Positions 1 through 14,080 of a DNA stretch of 64,000 nt are shown piece after piece (positions within the stretch are counted from its first letter, which is position 1; every line of letters starts with the position of its first letter). Made by a program: the position numbers and the translations under genes. The DNA comes from Hypanus sabinus. Lineage: Eukaryota. The stretch spans positions 176,390,001-176,454,000 of the forward strand of contig NC_082707.1 of NCBI RefSeq assembly GCF_030144855.1. Reading direction: 5' to 3'. The notes under the pieces were generated by a model, which was given only the letters and a program-made list of their open reading frames with translations, was not told the origin of the DNA and did not search any database.

Positions 1-2924
1 ATTCTAGTACTTTGAGAACTGGCTTGGTGATTGGGGTATTTCACTCAGCCAGAGCTTTTTGATGAAGTTCAGTTCTTACAACCTCTATTGGTCTGACCAC
101 TGCATGGTGCAAGATAATATCATGGCTGTCCCATGAATGTGATCATCTAGTCCTGGTTCGGTGGATGGACCAAAAGGGGAGAAAGGCCAGTCTGAACTCC
201 AGCATTTCAACATGTTGTCGATTTACTCGTGTATTATAAAATGCAAACATAATATCCATCTTCGCTATTATACTTCAGAGAGGGACATTTCACGCCCCCA
301 TCCCCAACCATTTCTAGCCTGCTTGTGGTTTCAGACCCATTAGTCTTGTTGAAAAAGTAATCTTGGTTGAACTCAGTGGGTCAAGCAGCATCTGTGGTGA
401 GAAATGGATAGGCAACATTTTTGGTTGAGACCCGTCATTTGAACCCAGAATGTTGATGGTGCATTCCACAGTCCTTTTCGGCCCCTCCCAACAACAAACG
501 CACACTGCCCTGTTGAGCTCCTCCAGTGTTTTTTTTGCCACAGATTTCAGTATCTGCAGTCTCCTGTGTCCATTACGGTGGTTCTTTACTGCCTCCTCTG
601 TTCAGGGCAGTTATTATAAAGGGTCAGTTGATGCCAACGTTGACAGGAACATCCTCATCCTGGGAAGGAATACATAAAATTCACTTAACTTTAAATTGCA
701 GCAAAGCCATCATAATCTGTTGTTTCCATTGATGTGAAGTTGTTGGAATGAGTGGTAAGATTTTTAAAATACCGTAGATTTGCTTATGGGACTACAGTGC
801 TGCGGAGCAGAATGTGAATTAGTATCTAGGATTGCCTTCCTTTGAACTCCTGGTTTTGTATGGATTGATCAAAGCCATGGGAGATGGTGCCAATGTTGTC
901 TGTTTAATACTGAAGCTTGATAATTCACAGCCAGGGAAGCAGAGTCAATGAACTGTTTCCTCTTCCAGACAGCATTTTAGAGCTTATGGCAGATTTGAAG
1001 ATGCGATGTTTTGTTGTGGGATAGAGGAGGTGGATTTAATAATGTCAACATGCACACTTGGCTGACAGACCACAGTTACTTCAAGTCTGATCTGAGTGAG
1101 TACTAACAGGGAAAAGCCGACAGAATTTGATGGGAGAATGGTGCACAGTGACTGTCCTTTAATGTTCTAGTGAAGTTACAAGGTAAAGTGCTTTGAAATT
1201 CTTCGCTGCTGCTTTGAAGGGGGAATCCCTGGCCTCAAAATGAGTGGGCTCGCACTTTCCTCTGCAGTGCTGCTGAGAAGTTGTGCAATTAGCATTTGAA
1301 CGCAGAGTTTTAAAAGCAAGCTAAATTGAAGAGTGGTGGTTTGGATGATGGCAGTAGATGGAGCTGTAACACAGCCATTTCCAGGTACAGATATCTGTAG
1401 CAGAGTAGGTGGTGTGGTGATTTTATGCCATGTTCTATAGATATTTAACTGGATGATTGTCAAACACAAAAAATCAAACACAAATTCTTAACATTTCTAT
1501 TAGACGTGAAATATGGAAAGCGACGGTGAACAGAGCTACACCATGCTTCTAAGTTTTGGTTGACTTTGCAATCTATGTCTATAGGCTTCCAAGGAGCTTG
1601 CAGTTCAATCTTCCTCTCGTGCTGTCTCTGTGGAAGGAACAACTTGGGCAAAGATAGCTGGAGGCAAAGTGATAAGCTTCCAGTTGCCCAGTCCTTTATT
1701 GTATCTCCTGGACACCCTGTCAAAAGAGGGAGCGTTAGCTGAGGTTGGAGGAGCCTGCCTTTGCGTCTCCACTGGTGGTGTCATGGCTGGTGGGCATGCA
1801 GCTTAAAGTGAAGGGATCAGCTCAATTGTGCCTCTTTCGGATTGTACACCAATATCCCAGGGCTTGAGACAAAATAGATGGGAATTTTTTCATGGAATGC
1901 CATGCAGTTTCATTGGAAAGATGAAATAAAATTAAATTATCATTCTGTTCCATTTTCTAATATTCTAATATATTAAAATGCAATGCAAATCTCACAATTC
2001 CTTTGCATTGCATAGGAAAGGAGTAGTGGGATAAGAGTGTAATGCACCCAAATAGGATTCGTGTAGATATGTATCACAGGTGCCATCAAGATGTTGAGCT
2101 GAAGAGTGTTTCTCTGCTGTGCAACTATATGGCTGTATGAATGTACATCTGCAAAACAACTCAACATAGCAGCTTTAACAGGTAGAGTTGTCTCAGGGTG
2201 ATCTACAGGGGTGTTAACAAATAAAATGTGACATCTGAACCACATGGATAGGTTTGCGTTGTAGAGTGAGCTCGAGCCTCCACCTTCCTTCTTCAGGAGA
2301 TTAGCGTCACAACTACAAGCTAAGGTTGACGTTTAAAGTCCAATTATACTTGCTGGTCAGTACTTGGAAGACCTCAGTAAATCTGGGGTATAGTCCCTGG
2401 AGGTAGCATGCGTCTGCACATAACCATGCTTGCATTTAGCCAGCCCAGTTTATACGTAAACCTCAACTTGTCCATGTAACATGCTGAACCCATATGAACT
2501 TAGCCGAGCGTGCACATGCTGGCTTCATTTTGACCTTTAGAGGTGTGTGTAGATCTGACTGGGCTCATGCCAGATCCAACGTGTTATACAATGCCACTCA
2601 ATCATGAAGGAGATAACCTGGGTGATGGTTTTAAATGTCGCACTGAGTGTGAGGTGAAAGACAGTGGTACGATTACTAAAACAAAGTAGTACAAATTAGA
2701 AAATAAAGGAATGATGGAAACATACTCTGTGCATTTATAAACGAATTTTCTTCCTGTTTCCAAGGGAACTGTTTGTTTTCTTGGTTGCCTGGCAATTTGT
2801 AATACACTTATTTTCAAGGTCATTATTTTTTAAAGGAATTATGACAATCTTATTTGCTGTTTCAAAAGAGAACACATTACAGTGTTTTACCAAGATCTAT
2901 CTTGGCAGTTCTATCATTCACTTT

Positions 2925-4945
2925 GCAGAAACGATGATTGAAAACATGGACTGCAACATGTTCAGAAAGGCAGATCCCTACAACCATCACATTTACATCG
3001 ATAAACAGGTGAGATCTGTGACTGGGAATGTAGAGAATTGCACAGAGGTTATCACTGTTGTTAAGCACATCTATGTGAGGGCAAATCAGAAGCCATGGCT
3101 GACAGCAGAGTTCTGGGCTTGGCTGAGAGATTGGGACGTTGCCGTCAGATTGAGGGGCAAGACAGCTCTCAGGTCTGCAAAACCATCAGGAAGACAGACG
3201 GGATTGCTCACAGAGCCACTTCTGTGACACCAGGGACATGGGGCTGCATGTGGCAGGGCATTCAGGCCAGAATGAACTGCAAGTCCACCCTGCGGCCTAG
3301 TGACAGTGACACTTCACTTCCTAACAGGCTGACTGTCATTTGCTCTCGGTTTTATGCACAGAACGGTGTGCAGGTGAGGAAGGCCCCTCATTCTCCCCCC
3401 AGTGGGCAGGCACACCAATGGACCACAGCTTTTGTGAGGATTGATCCATGTACAACTGTGGGGCCTGATAACATACCACATTGGGTGCTGGGAAACTGTG
3501 CGGTCCAGTTAACTGAGGTTTTAATTGATTCTTCAACATTTCTCTAGAACAGTCCACTGTTCTCTCAGGCTTCAAGGCGGCCATATCATCTCAAGGGGGC
3601 GACAGTAACTTGCTTCAACGGCAACTGTCCAGTGGCTTCAAAAATGAAGCAGCTGGTTGTGGACGGCATCAAATCCCATCTTCCTGCTCCATTGGACTCT
3701 TTCCAGTTTGCTTATCGCACAAATTGTTCCATTGGTAATACCATAGCCTCTGAGCTCCATTCCGTCCTGTTCTCCTGGAGAATGGTTCCTCACGTGCCAT
3801 GTTTCTGTTTATTGCCTTCATCTTGGTGTTTGATATGATCACCCTCAGAAGCTGGAGGGTGAAATGTCCGCGTTGGGTCTCGGCACCTCCATTTTTAACT
3901 GGACCCTGGACTTCTTGACAGAAAGGCCAGGGTCATTCCCCGTTGGCAGAAACACCTGTAGCTCCCCAGTGCTGTGTGCTCAGCTGGCTGCTGCTTGCGC
4001 GGCTGATGCACGACTGCACTGCTAGATCCGGTTCAAACTGGATCATCGAGTTCACTGCTGACACAACAGTGGCTGGCCTTTTCAATAACGATGATGAGAC
4101 AGCATGCAGAGAGGAGGTAGAGCAGCTAGTAGAATGACACAAGCATAACAACTCGAGTCTCAACGTGGATGTGACCAAGGAGACTTCAGGAAGATGAAGG
4201 TTGACCACTTCCCACTGTGCAAGCACGCCTCCTTGGTGGAGGCAGTTAAGAGCAGCATTTTTCTGGGAATGCACATAACGACCGGTCTCACCTGGACCCT
4301 CAACACGACTTCTTTGATCGAGAAAGCACAGCAGCATCTCCATTTCCTGATGAGATTGAGGCGAATGAGACTCTTTCCCTCCCCCCCAATCTCGACTAGT
4401 GTTTTCAGGAGTACCGTTGAGAGTGCCCTGACCAGTTGCATCACCATCCGGTGAAGAACGGCATCTGACCATGAGTCCTTACAAAGGATTACGAGGACTG
4501 CTGAGACGATTGTCGATGTCTCCCTTGCTTGCTAGAGATATTTATCAGGAGGGTTGTGTACACAGGCCCTCAGCGTTGTCAGTGATCCTTCCTATCTGTC
4601 CAACAATCTCTCTGACACCCCCCCATCCCTCCCCCCCCCCACCCTCAGGCAGGATGTACCATAGCATTAGGACAAAAACTTTCAGGATGGGTATCAGCTT
4701 CTTCCCCCTGGTCACAAGACTAATGAATTCCCTCCCACCACCCAGGTCCCATCACGTATGAAGTGTCAGTAATGTTATATATTCACTTTTAACATGTATT
4801 ATATACGTACCTTATTATTTGTAATTTTATTTGTGGTAATGTTAATTTATTTGTGTGTGTGAGTTATATGTACTGTGTTCAGAGGGATGTTGTCTCATCT
4901 GGTGGCACACAAGTTTATGGTTGAACGACAATAAACTTGAACTTA
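2925..4945 (+). mobile_element. Degenerate Rex1/Babar-type LINE (RT region and 3' end)
   Basis: Broken frames with NQKPWLT, GPDNIP, LDSFQFAYR, APQCCVLS, EFTADTTV and KAQQHLHFL; 3' tail AATAAACTTGAACTT. Confidence 0.85.
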
Positions 4946-5760
4946 ATAGGCTGGTCTTCCCTGACACCCTCCCTCAATTAAGCTGAGTAATTGTCTTTCA
5001 CGATCATTTATAGCAGAACCCTTGGCAGAGTCAAAACCATTCAGCCCAGCGTAACTGGGATGAGTCTCTGAAAAGCTTGTCCATGTCTGTCCACTCTCTC
5101 CCCTCTCCTCACCTAGTTTTTCTTATTCAGCTGTTAACTCAGTTCTCCTTAAAATGAATATGGGTGTTGGATCCTGAAGCCCCTGGCTTAGAAAGGTAAA
5201 AGTTTATTATCATTTTAAAACTCCCCAATAACTCTCCAAAAAATAACATTTAAAGACAGTTCAAACAGTTAAATAGTTAATTTTACTTAAAACCCTAGAA
5301 GTTAATTAAAAACATGAAGGGAAACTATCAAGGTTGGAAAATGGGGTTGTTTATCTGGTTTCAGCCATCGTGACAGTCACCAGCAGTTAGTGTATCTGTG
5401 GAGCCACTGACCACTGGTATGGAAGTTTTAACCCACAGCAAGTTCAAGCATCAATGGTGAAATGACCAAGTGAAAAAGCAAAACTAAAATGCTTTTTCAA
5501 GTTAAAAGTATACAGCATTCAGAACACAGAAGGATTTGTGGCTTTGTGAGAGGCATCACAATTTGCACAATAGCCGAAGATCAATGAAGAAAAGTAAGAT
5601 TCATCTTTCACATCTTTTAACACAGCCTTAAGCGCTTTACAGTCAATGAAATGTTTCTAAATCATAGTCACTGTTCTGCAGAAGAACATAACAGATAATT
5701 ACAGCAGGAATAATAATAATGTTAGTTGTCCAAGAGGAATTGGGTAGGGCAGTTGAAGAG

Positions 5761-5955
5761 CAAACACGAGGAAACCTGCAGATGCTGGAAATTCAAACAA
5801 CACACACACAATGCTGGTGGAACACAGCAGGCCAGGCAGCATCTATAGGGAGAAACACTGACAAAGGGTCTCGGCCTGAAACGTCGACAGCGCTTCTCCC
5901 TATAGATGCTGCCTGGCCTGCTGTGTTCCACCAGCATTTCGTGTGTGTTGTTGAG
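5761..5955. mobile_element. Penelope-derived palindromic repeat with a hammerhead-like core
   Basis: Perfect 45-bp inverted arms at 5810-5854 and 5894-5938; the loop contains CTGACAA-AGGGTCTCGGCCT-GAAAC-GTC. Confidence 0.75.
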
Positions 5956-6029
5956 GGCATTTGAAGGATTATTTATGATGGAATCAGATGATGAAGAGGA
6001 TTCCAATAACTGTTGTGAATTTTGACTTG

Positions 6030-6590
6030 TCTCTCTGGGTGCCAGCATCTCAAAGGGTCTATTCTGGGCTCAACACATTGATAAAATCGCGAGGAAGGAA
6101 TGCCAACAGCTGTGTATCATTAGCTGTTTGAGGAGATTCAATTTGTCACCAAGGACTGTCTCAAGTTTTTACAGAAAGCTTTCTGACTGGGTGCATCACC
6201 ATCTGGTACGAGAGGTTCCAATGCACAGTACTGAAAGAGGCTGCAGAACTCCGACAGCTCTGTCACAGGCACAAGCCTCCCCACCATTGAGGACATCTTC
6301 AGAAGGCGGAGGCTCAAGAAGCCGGCTCCATCATTAAGGACCCTCACTGTCTGGATATGCCCCTGTCCCATTACTACCATCATGGAGGAGGTGTAGAGAT
6401 GTACATTTTAGGAACAGCTTCTTCCCTTCTCCAGTCATTCTGAATGGTCCATGAACACTACCTTGCTATCCCTCTTCTGCTCTATTTATTTGTCGTAATT
6501 TCTTATTTTTTTATGTCTTGCACTGTACTGGCTTTGCAAAACAACAGATTTCATGACATATGCCAATGATAATAAACCTCATTATGATTA
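6030..6590 (+). mobile_element. Rex1/Babar LINE 3' fragment
   Basis: Similar to the 3' parts of 2925-4945 and 19900-20390; tail ATAATAAACC. Confidence 0.7.
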
Positions 6591-7452
6591 ATCTAGGTGC
6601 ATCAGACTTTGCTCTCTAAATGCCACAGGGATCTACTACGTCCTGTAGAGGGACCCATGAAACAGAACGGACTGGTGGAGTTCACTCAAAACTCGCTCAG
6701 TGAGCTTCTCGTCGGCATATCTAGCAGATGGCTCAGGTTAGAGATTGTTCCTTCGGTACAAAGGGAGCGTCACTTCGTACTAATATTTAAAAAGGATCAA
6801 GAGTCAGGAAACAGGCAATTACAGCGGTAGTGTGATTGTAGACAAGTTGCCAGGAGCACTCATTAGTGACGCTCTGTAGCACCAGTGTAACAAACATTTT
6901 CCTAGTAATGTTCAGTGTGCGTGCAGGGGAAAGGTCCATGTCATACCAGACTGGTCAGCACTTATTTAGAGACAGCTAGGCTGGTGGCTGAAGTGGAAAA
7001 AGGGAATAAAATCTTAACAAAATATGTTTTTGACATTTCTATTAAATTAACAAGTTATCTGTCTTTTAAGATTGTTTCAAAATATACCTCAGATATTCAA
7101 AGTGTAGGCTGTTCTCAGAACAAAAAAGCAGAAACTGGAAGAACTCAGGGAGCCAAGCAGCATCTGTGTTTCAGATTCAGATTTATGTGTGTCATTTGCG
7201 TTAACAACCAGCACAGTCCAGGATGCACTGGGGGCAGCCCACAAGTGCTTCCTTACATTCCAGCTTTGTCACAGGATGCCTACTGTGTTCAGCAAAGCAA
7301 CACGAGCAGGTGCAACAGCATAAAACAAGACAGGAACAGTAAAACAGGCCCCTTTCCCACTCTCTCATACATCCAGACAAGCCTCCCAACCTCAGGACAG
7401 GCTGTCTCCAAGCCTCCAGTCTTTGACCCCGGACTCTCAGACTTGCAGACTC

Positions 7453-8085
7453 TAGAATACTACAGCACAGTAAAGACCCTTCAGCCCTCGATGTTGTGCT
7501 GACCCATATGTTCCTTAAAAAAATACTTAACCCACACTACCCTGTAACCATATATTTTTCTTTCATCCATGTACCTGTCCAAGAGGCTCTTAAATTCCCC
7601 TAATGTTTTAGCCTCCACCACCATCCCTGGCAAGTCATTCCAGACACTCACAACCCTCTGTGTAAAAAACTTACCCCTGATGTCTCCCCTAAACTTCCCT
7701 CCCTTAATTTTGTACATATGCCCTCTGGTGTTTGCATCAGGTACTGACTATCCACCCTATGTATGCCTCTCATAATCTTGTAGACCTCTATCAAGTCCCC
7801 TCTCGTTCTTCTACGCACCAAAGAGAAAAGTCCCAGCTCTGCTAACCTTGCTTCATATGACTTGTTCTCCAAACCAGGCAACATCCTGGTAAATCTCCTC
7901 TGCACCCTCTCCATAGCTTCCACATCCTTCCTATAATGAGGCAACCAGAATTGGACACAATATTCTAAGAGTGGTCTCACCAGAGATTTGTAGAGTTGCA
8001 ACATGATCTCTCTACTCTTGAACTCAATCCCCCTATTATTGAAGCCTAGCATCCCATAAGCCTTCTTAACTACCCTATCAACCTG
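7453..8085 (-). mobile_element. CR1 LINE 3' fragment
   Basis: LYKSLVRPLLEYCVQFW...RVQRRFTRM...RGDLIEVYKI; FFTQRVVSVWN. Confidence 0.92.
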
Positions 8086-9464
8086 GTCCTCCACCTCTGG
8101 ACTTGCTAACTTCTGACTTCGTTCTTCAGGCTTCTACTTCCTGACTCATTGAGCTCCCGGCTTCAATCTTCGGCTTTTCCGAATTAATATCTTGGGTCAA
8201 GACCCTGCATCAGGACAGGCTATTTTCCCTTTTAATCCTCCAATCATCGGTAGCAATTTAGCTGGTTATTCACCTCCGTTTTGTCTGTGGGACAATGAAG
8301 TAAGCGAAGTAATTTGTAATGTCAGAGAATGTTGGACAATTTCAGCAGGTCAGGCAGCATCTGTGGAAAGAGAAACCATCAGCATTCTGGATTTGCAACC
8401 CTCCAGCAAAAAGTCAACTGTGTGTCTTTCAAAGATCTTGAAAATCTCCAGCATTTTCTGATATTTTGATTTTCAATTAGCGGCCAATGTTGCCTATGGA
8501 ATAATATTTTAGAACAAATCTGCCAGCTTTAGAAATTTCTAGATATTTCTTAAAAGAGCACCATCCTGCTAAAGATTGGAAACGATGAACTCTTGCAGGA
8601 TTCAGTCTACACTTTGCCAGAATTTTAAACCAGCGAGTCCTGTATCGGGCCAGCACTGGCATTCGCCAACTGTGCAAATTGCCATTCTAGTAGCTGTGTG
8701 TTGGCACTCCTTGTCAGAATACTCGCCTTTTTAACTAAGGTAATGCCACAGGCTGATTTGGCCATGTGGCAGAATGGCGCTTGCAACCATATGATAGGAT
8801 GAGAGATTTACAAGTTGCTCAACAGTATACCAGAGGTCAGTATCAATTACAGTGGCCGCGTAATTAAACATGCTCCCTTTAATCCACCCCAGGAAGAACA
8901 AATCTGGCAGAAGTGAATTGCAGACAGACTCAGAACAGGAAATTAAGTCAGACAGACAATTACACCATGTTTCCTCCCTCAGCGTCTGAAATCACAGACA
9001 CCATTTTATTCACTAACTAAAAATTTTACAGGTAGAATTCTGAGTGCCCAGTTATCCAACTATCATCAGACTCTCAGTTCCTCTTGCTAGCTCCTGTGTT
9101 TTCAGTTTTCTCTTGGTTTGCTGACTGCTTACACAGCTATCGCCCTGTCTTGTGCACACAGTACTTCTATGGACTGAGTGGATCCTCCCCAGAGTAATAT
9201 TCCTGCTCTCAGTCTCCATTTTCAATGGTCAACCTTGGCCCGGTAATTGCATCCTCAGTTTGGGAAAGAGAATGATTTGACTTTGTTATAAAATATCACA
9301 AGGTGCCTACACCTGTTTTTGAAGCTTTAGAAGAGCAGTAGCTGTTGTAATGAGGAAAACACAACAGGTAAATGTGTGTTCAGACAGAGTTGCTGAATAG
9401 GTAAACCCAGCTCAAGAGACTGAAGATACTGGAAGCTGGAGGGAAAACAAACAGCTGGAGGAAT

Positions 9465-10010
9465 TTCTATAGATGTGTGGTGGAGATCAATGGCTGCATC
9501 ACAGTCTGGTATGGAAACACGAATGCCCTTGAACGGAAAATCCTACAAAGAATAATGGATACTACCCAGTCCACACAGGTAAAGCTGCTCCCACCATTGA
9601 ACACATCTACACCACCACCCAGGACATGCTCTCCTCTCACTGCTGCCATCAGGAAGAAGACAGAGGAGCCTCAGGACTCACACCACTAGATTCTGGGAAA
9701 GTTAATACCCCTCAGTCATCAGACCCTTAAACCAAAGGGGATAACTTCACTTGCTCCATCACTGAAATACTCCCATAACCTATGGACTCACTTTCACGGG
9801 CACTTCGTCCCATGTTTCCGATCTCTGTCTATCTGTATTTGAACAGCTTGTAGTCTTTTGCACACTCGTTGTATGCCCGATTTGTTACAATCATTCATTG
9901 ATTCTATTATAGTAATTCTATTAAGGATTTGAGTATGTCTGCAAGAAAATGAATCAATGTTGTATATGGTTATGTATATGCACTTTGATAATCAACTTAC
10001 TTTGAATTCA
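9465..10010 (+). mobile_element. Rex1/Babar LINE 3' fragment
   Basis: GCITVWYGNTNALERKILQR peptide; characteristic 3' UTR and tail. Confidence 0.75.
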
Positions 10011-10749
10011 GCAAGTCAAGCAGCATCTATGGAAAGAAATAGATGGTTGCTATTTTATCCTGATTAAAGAAATAATCCTGTTCTATTTGTTCTATAGGAG
10101 AACACATATTGATCAGAACTTTGGGGATCAGTTCTTTATATTGGCCGTTCAATCTAAATAATAGCGTAGGACTGTGAGAGATTGGCGTAATGGCTCTTCT
10201 GAAAGACAGCACTTCAGGAAGTGCAACACCCCCTCAATGATTGGACTTAAATAAGAAATAAAATGAAGAAATATTCAATTTGGCAACCAATGACTAGACA
10301 ATCGATTCCCACAGCATTCTTCAGCATCTGCACTGTTCCTCAGAGAAGTGAAGCCAAATGAAAAGGCAAGGAATATTTGACTTAATCCTTGGTAAATTAA
10401 ATTCTGGGAGATCTCATTGCCTCGCCAGAAAAATGACCAGAAGCCTGGTGACAAGAATAGCCATAAACTAAGTTCTCAACTAACTTTTGTATGTCATGAT
10501 ATCAGCTTTCTTCAATGGCTAGTTGGTTTCCTGCACACTTGCAGTGAATCTGCGCTTACTGCAAGATCCAGGACATTTCTGAAGGCTGGTGATCCTCTGA
10601 AAAGTGAAACTGCATTCGTATTACTGGTATAGCTGTCACTCCCTTATTTCAAACTTACTTAATTTAAATAATCAATTCACAATTATTTCCGTAATACAAA
10701 TAGCTCAACAAGTTCTCTGAAAATCTATATTTTTGTAAAATAAAAAAGT

Positions 10750-11640
10750 CAAAGTTGAGTTTCTTGTTATATGTACAAGTACATGTATGCACAATTTTCT
10801 TTACAAGAAAACAATTCGAACAGAAAAATGTCCATTTTAGTGCAAAGAGCTCAAAGTGTTCTGTTTTGTTGAACTGTAGAAGTTAAGGCTTTGCTGGTTA
10901 GTTCAAGAACTGCTTTTCAAACTGGTGGTATGGGACTAAAGGCTTCTGTACCTCCTGTCCGATGGTAGCTATGAAAAGATGGCATGGCTCGGATGGTGGG
11001 GATCTTTGTTGATCGATGTTTCCTGCATGAGGCAGCACCTAGTGTGGATACTACCAATGGTGGGGAGGGATGTACCCTTGATGTATTGAGTAGAGTGCAC
11101 TACGTTCTTTATCTTCTTACATTCCTGCACATTCACATTGTTATACTAGATCGTTCAGTATACTTTGAACAGTACATCAGTTGAAGTTTATTAGAGTGTT
11201 TGATGATAAACCGGACCTCCTAAGAAAGTAAAGACAATGGCATGTAAAGACCAGGTGATATATGAAAGCCTAGGAATTTAAAGCTGCTGACTCTCTCCAC
11301 CCCCGATTTCCCCAGTGTAGTCTGACTCACGTTTGCACTCTTTCCCCTTCTTGAAGTCAACAGCAAGCTCATTAGTTTTGCTGACATTGATCAAGAAGTT
11401 GTTCTTATAGCATCATACATCCAGGTGCCCCCTCTCATTCCGATAAGCTGACTCACACAGTCATATATAGAGGATAGGGAGGGGGGTTGTACAGCTTTAA
11501 GGTGCATCTGTCCTGATGGCCAGTGAGAGGGGGACGTTGTTACCAATCCTCACATAATGAGTCTGCTGATGAGGATGTCCAGTATCCATTTGCAGAGGGA
11601 GGTACAGAAGTCCAGGCATTGATGTTTAGTTATCGTTAAG
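10750..11640 (-). mobile_element. Rex1/Babar LINE 3' fragment (antisense)
   Basis: Reverse-complement similarity to the other Rex1-type fragments. Confidence 0.65.
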
Positions 11641-12709
11641 GAAGATCTGGGAAACCCAGGTTGAGAGGAGAACTAATCCATTCAGTGGTGGTAATATTCA
11701 ATTCAATGAGTAGTTTAAAACTGGTAATAATAATCTAGCTGTTCATTATCCATTTCTTCATGGAACCGAAAATAAAGAGCATGGGAAACCTGTAGATGAA
11801 CTGCTGATACGGAAATTTCAGTGAGAATAGTGGTAGCCTAATACCCCTCACTGTTATAAGAGATAAGATCAGGCAACAGTGTCCAAAGTCATCCCAGGAA
11901 TCCTGAAACCACTGTCTGTGATACCTTGCGCCTCCACAGAGGGCCTTGTTCTGCAGCCTTCTCCAACAGAAACTACGGAAAACAATGCAAAATAAGTTTT
12001 AATAATCAATTATTTAAGGATGCTTACCACAGAAATCGACCTCCTGAAAATGTTACACTTCACCTTTTTTAAGTTTGGAACTGAGTTTTGCATCCTTTTG
12101 ATTAGCAGCCTGTGTGGCTAAAAATGTCAATTTAATAAGCGTGATTCCCTCAGGAAATTATTTTTGAATAATCTTTATTTCATTTACAATATGCCTGTTT
12201 TAGCATTCACCCATCTGGTGTTGACTTCTGACTGTAAGCTAGTTAATACTTATGCTTTTATTTCCTGCTTTCCTGTCTGTGAGAATTCCTTAACATGATT
12301 GGCTGACACCCTGGCCAACTACCCAGTAAATCGGATATCTCTGATGTGGGAAAAGAATTCTTTGCAGAGAGAGTGCCAAATCCTTGTGAGATGGTTTCTA
12401 TGAGATAAGTGGTGACTACTGTTTTTCTGGCACTCACTGCAAAATCCAGGTGGTTTTTCTCTGTACCCACAAAGTTACTTGTCTTCAAAAGGCTGAGTAA
12501 CTGTAATTCACTTCTCTGACCATTACTCAAGTATATTCCTCCTCCCGCACCCAGCAATCCCCCTCATCACGATGTCTTGTTCTCTCCTCTACCCTCTCAA
12601 TCTTCCCATCACCCACACTCCTCCCACTAATACCCCTCAATACAAATTCCTTCTGCCCACTTCACCTCTATCCATGTGCCTCCGACCACATTTCATTATC
12701 CTCTGCCCG

Positions 12710-14080
12710 TAATATAAGAACATAAGAAAAAGCAGGAGTAGGCTTCGAGTCCGCTCCACCATTTAATGAGATCATGGCGGATCTGACTGTGGACTCCGTT
12801 CCACCTACCTGCCTTTTCCCCAAAACCCTTAATTCCCCTTTTATGCAAAAATCCATATCTGTGTTGTAAATATATTTATTGTGGTAGTAGCTGTGGCTTA
12901 TCTGGGCATAGAATTCAACTAAAAACGTTACTAATAACACCTTTTCTGAAGTAAATTGTGGTAAATTATCACTGCAAGCATTGAAGAGACGAGCGAAGGT
13001 GTAGCGAATTCGAGAGATGAACCGTGCTGGTATTTTGCAGAATCGGCGCAGATGGAGTGAGCCAATTGGAGAGGGGAAGCTGAGCCAGAGTTTTGCTGCC
13101 CGTACAACTGACCCGGTATGAGGTTGGATTGCTCTGGGCACCAAGCCAATTTGGAGAAATCGAGAGTAGTTTTGGACTGGGCAGCGTGGTCCAGGCCCAG
13201 AGCCTTTCACGGCTGCAGTGCCTGCGTCCTGGTATGAGGTACGACATGCAGTTTGGACAATGTAAGTGCCGGCTCTGATAGACTGAAAAGACCTGGTGTC
13301 AGGGTTGGAGGCAACAGCCGATTTTGCTCGCTCTCCCCCGTTGTTTACTCCTCTCTCCATGGCACTGAAGCTATGAAGACTGCCCCTGGCTGCTGTGGTC
13401 CATGATGGCCTACACCGGGATCTGGATCTAAGGACTCAGTTTGGTTCGGAATGTTGTTGCTCACTTCTATTGTTTGCATGATTTGTGTTTTACCCCCTTT
13501 CCCTGCTCATCCGAAGTTGTCCTTTCTTTTATTATTTTTTAAAATGGGTTCTTTTTGGGTTTCTTGCTTTATGGTTGCCTGTAAGGAAGCAAGTTTCAAG
13601 GCTTAATAGATTATACATTCTTTAATAATAAATGTACTTTGAAACTTTGAGAATTCCAGATTCACAACTTTCTGGGGAAATCAACTTCCACTCATCGCTA
13701 TCTTAAGTCTGTTCCCTCGAAGCTATGTCACCTGGTTCATCTCATACACCAGTGGAAACAAATTTTCTGCTTCTGTCTTAATTTTATGTTTCTGTAAGGT
13801 CCCTTTTATTGTTCTAAATTCAGTGAGTATAGTTCCAGACAACTCAATGACTCCTCATAGGCTAACTCTTTCATCACTGGAATCAACATGGCGAACCTCC
13901 GCTCCACTGCCTCGAAAGCTAGCGAATCTTTTCTAAAGAGACCAGAACTGCACACTCTAGTCCAAGTGTGCCTGTACAGTTACAGCAAAACCTCTTTGCT
14001 CTTAAATTCAATCCCTCTAGCAACGAAGCCCACCATTCCATTTGCCTTCTTGATAACCTGTTGCACCTGCAAACCAACCT
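12710..14080 (-). mobile_element. CR1 LINE 3' fragment, interrupted by an insertion at 12917-13649
   Basis: CR1 tail ATAAGAACATAAGA at 12713. The CR1 sequence resumes after 13650; AGAATTC is duplicated at 12910-12916 and 13650-13656. Confidence 0.8.
12917..13649 (+). mobile_element. Non-autonomous retroelement with a Rex1-like 3' tail
   Basis: 7-bp TSD AGAATTC; ends AATAAATGTACTTTGAAACTTTG; no credible ORF. Confidence 0.6.

Noticed and set aside
702-760. Candidate first coding exons for SYT16 (ATGAGTG|GTAAGA at 748-754; also ATGACAGCAA|GTAAAT near 50013 and the ATG at 35921)
   Set aside because: Too short to distinguish from chance. None matches the MA(S/T)D start I recall, and the 35921 candidate has the wrong phase.
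6915-7502. 195-aa ORF
   Set aside because: It runs through unique DNA, a Penelope-type repeat, a SINE-like element and a CR1 tail; a chance open frame.
12668-13360. 230-aa minus-strand ORF as a novel gene
   Set aside because: It crosses the junction between a CR1 3' end and an inserted non-coding element, and has no recognisable domain.
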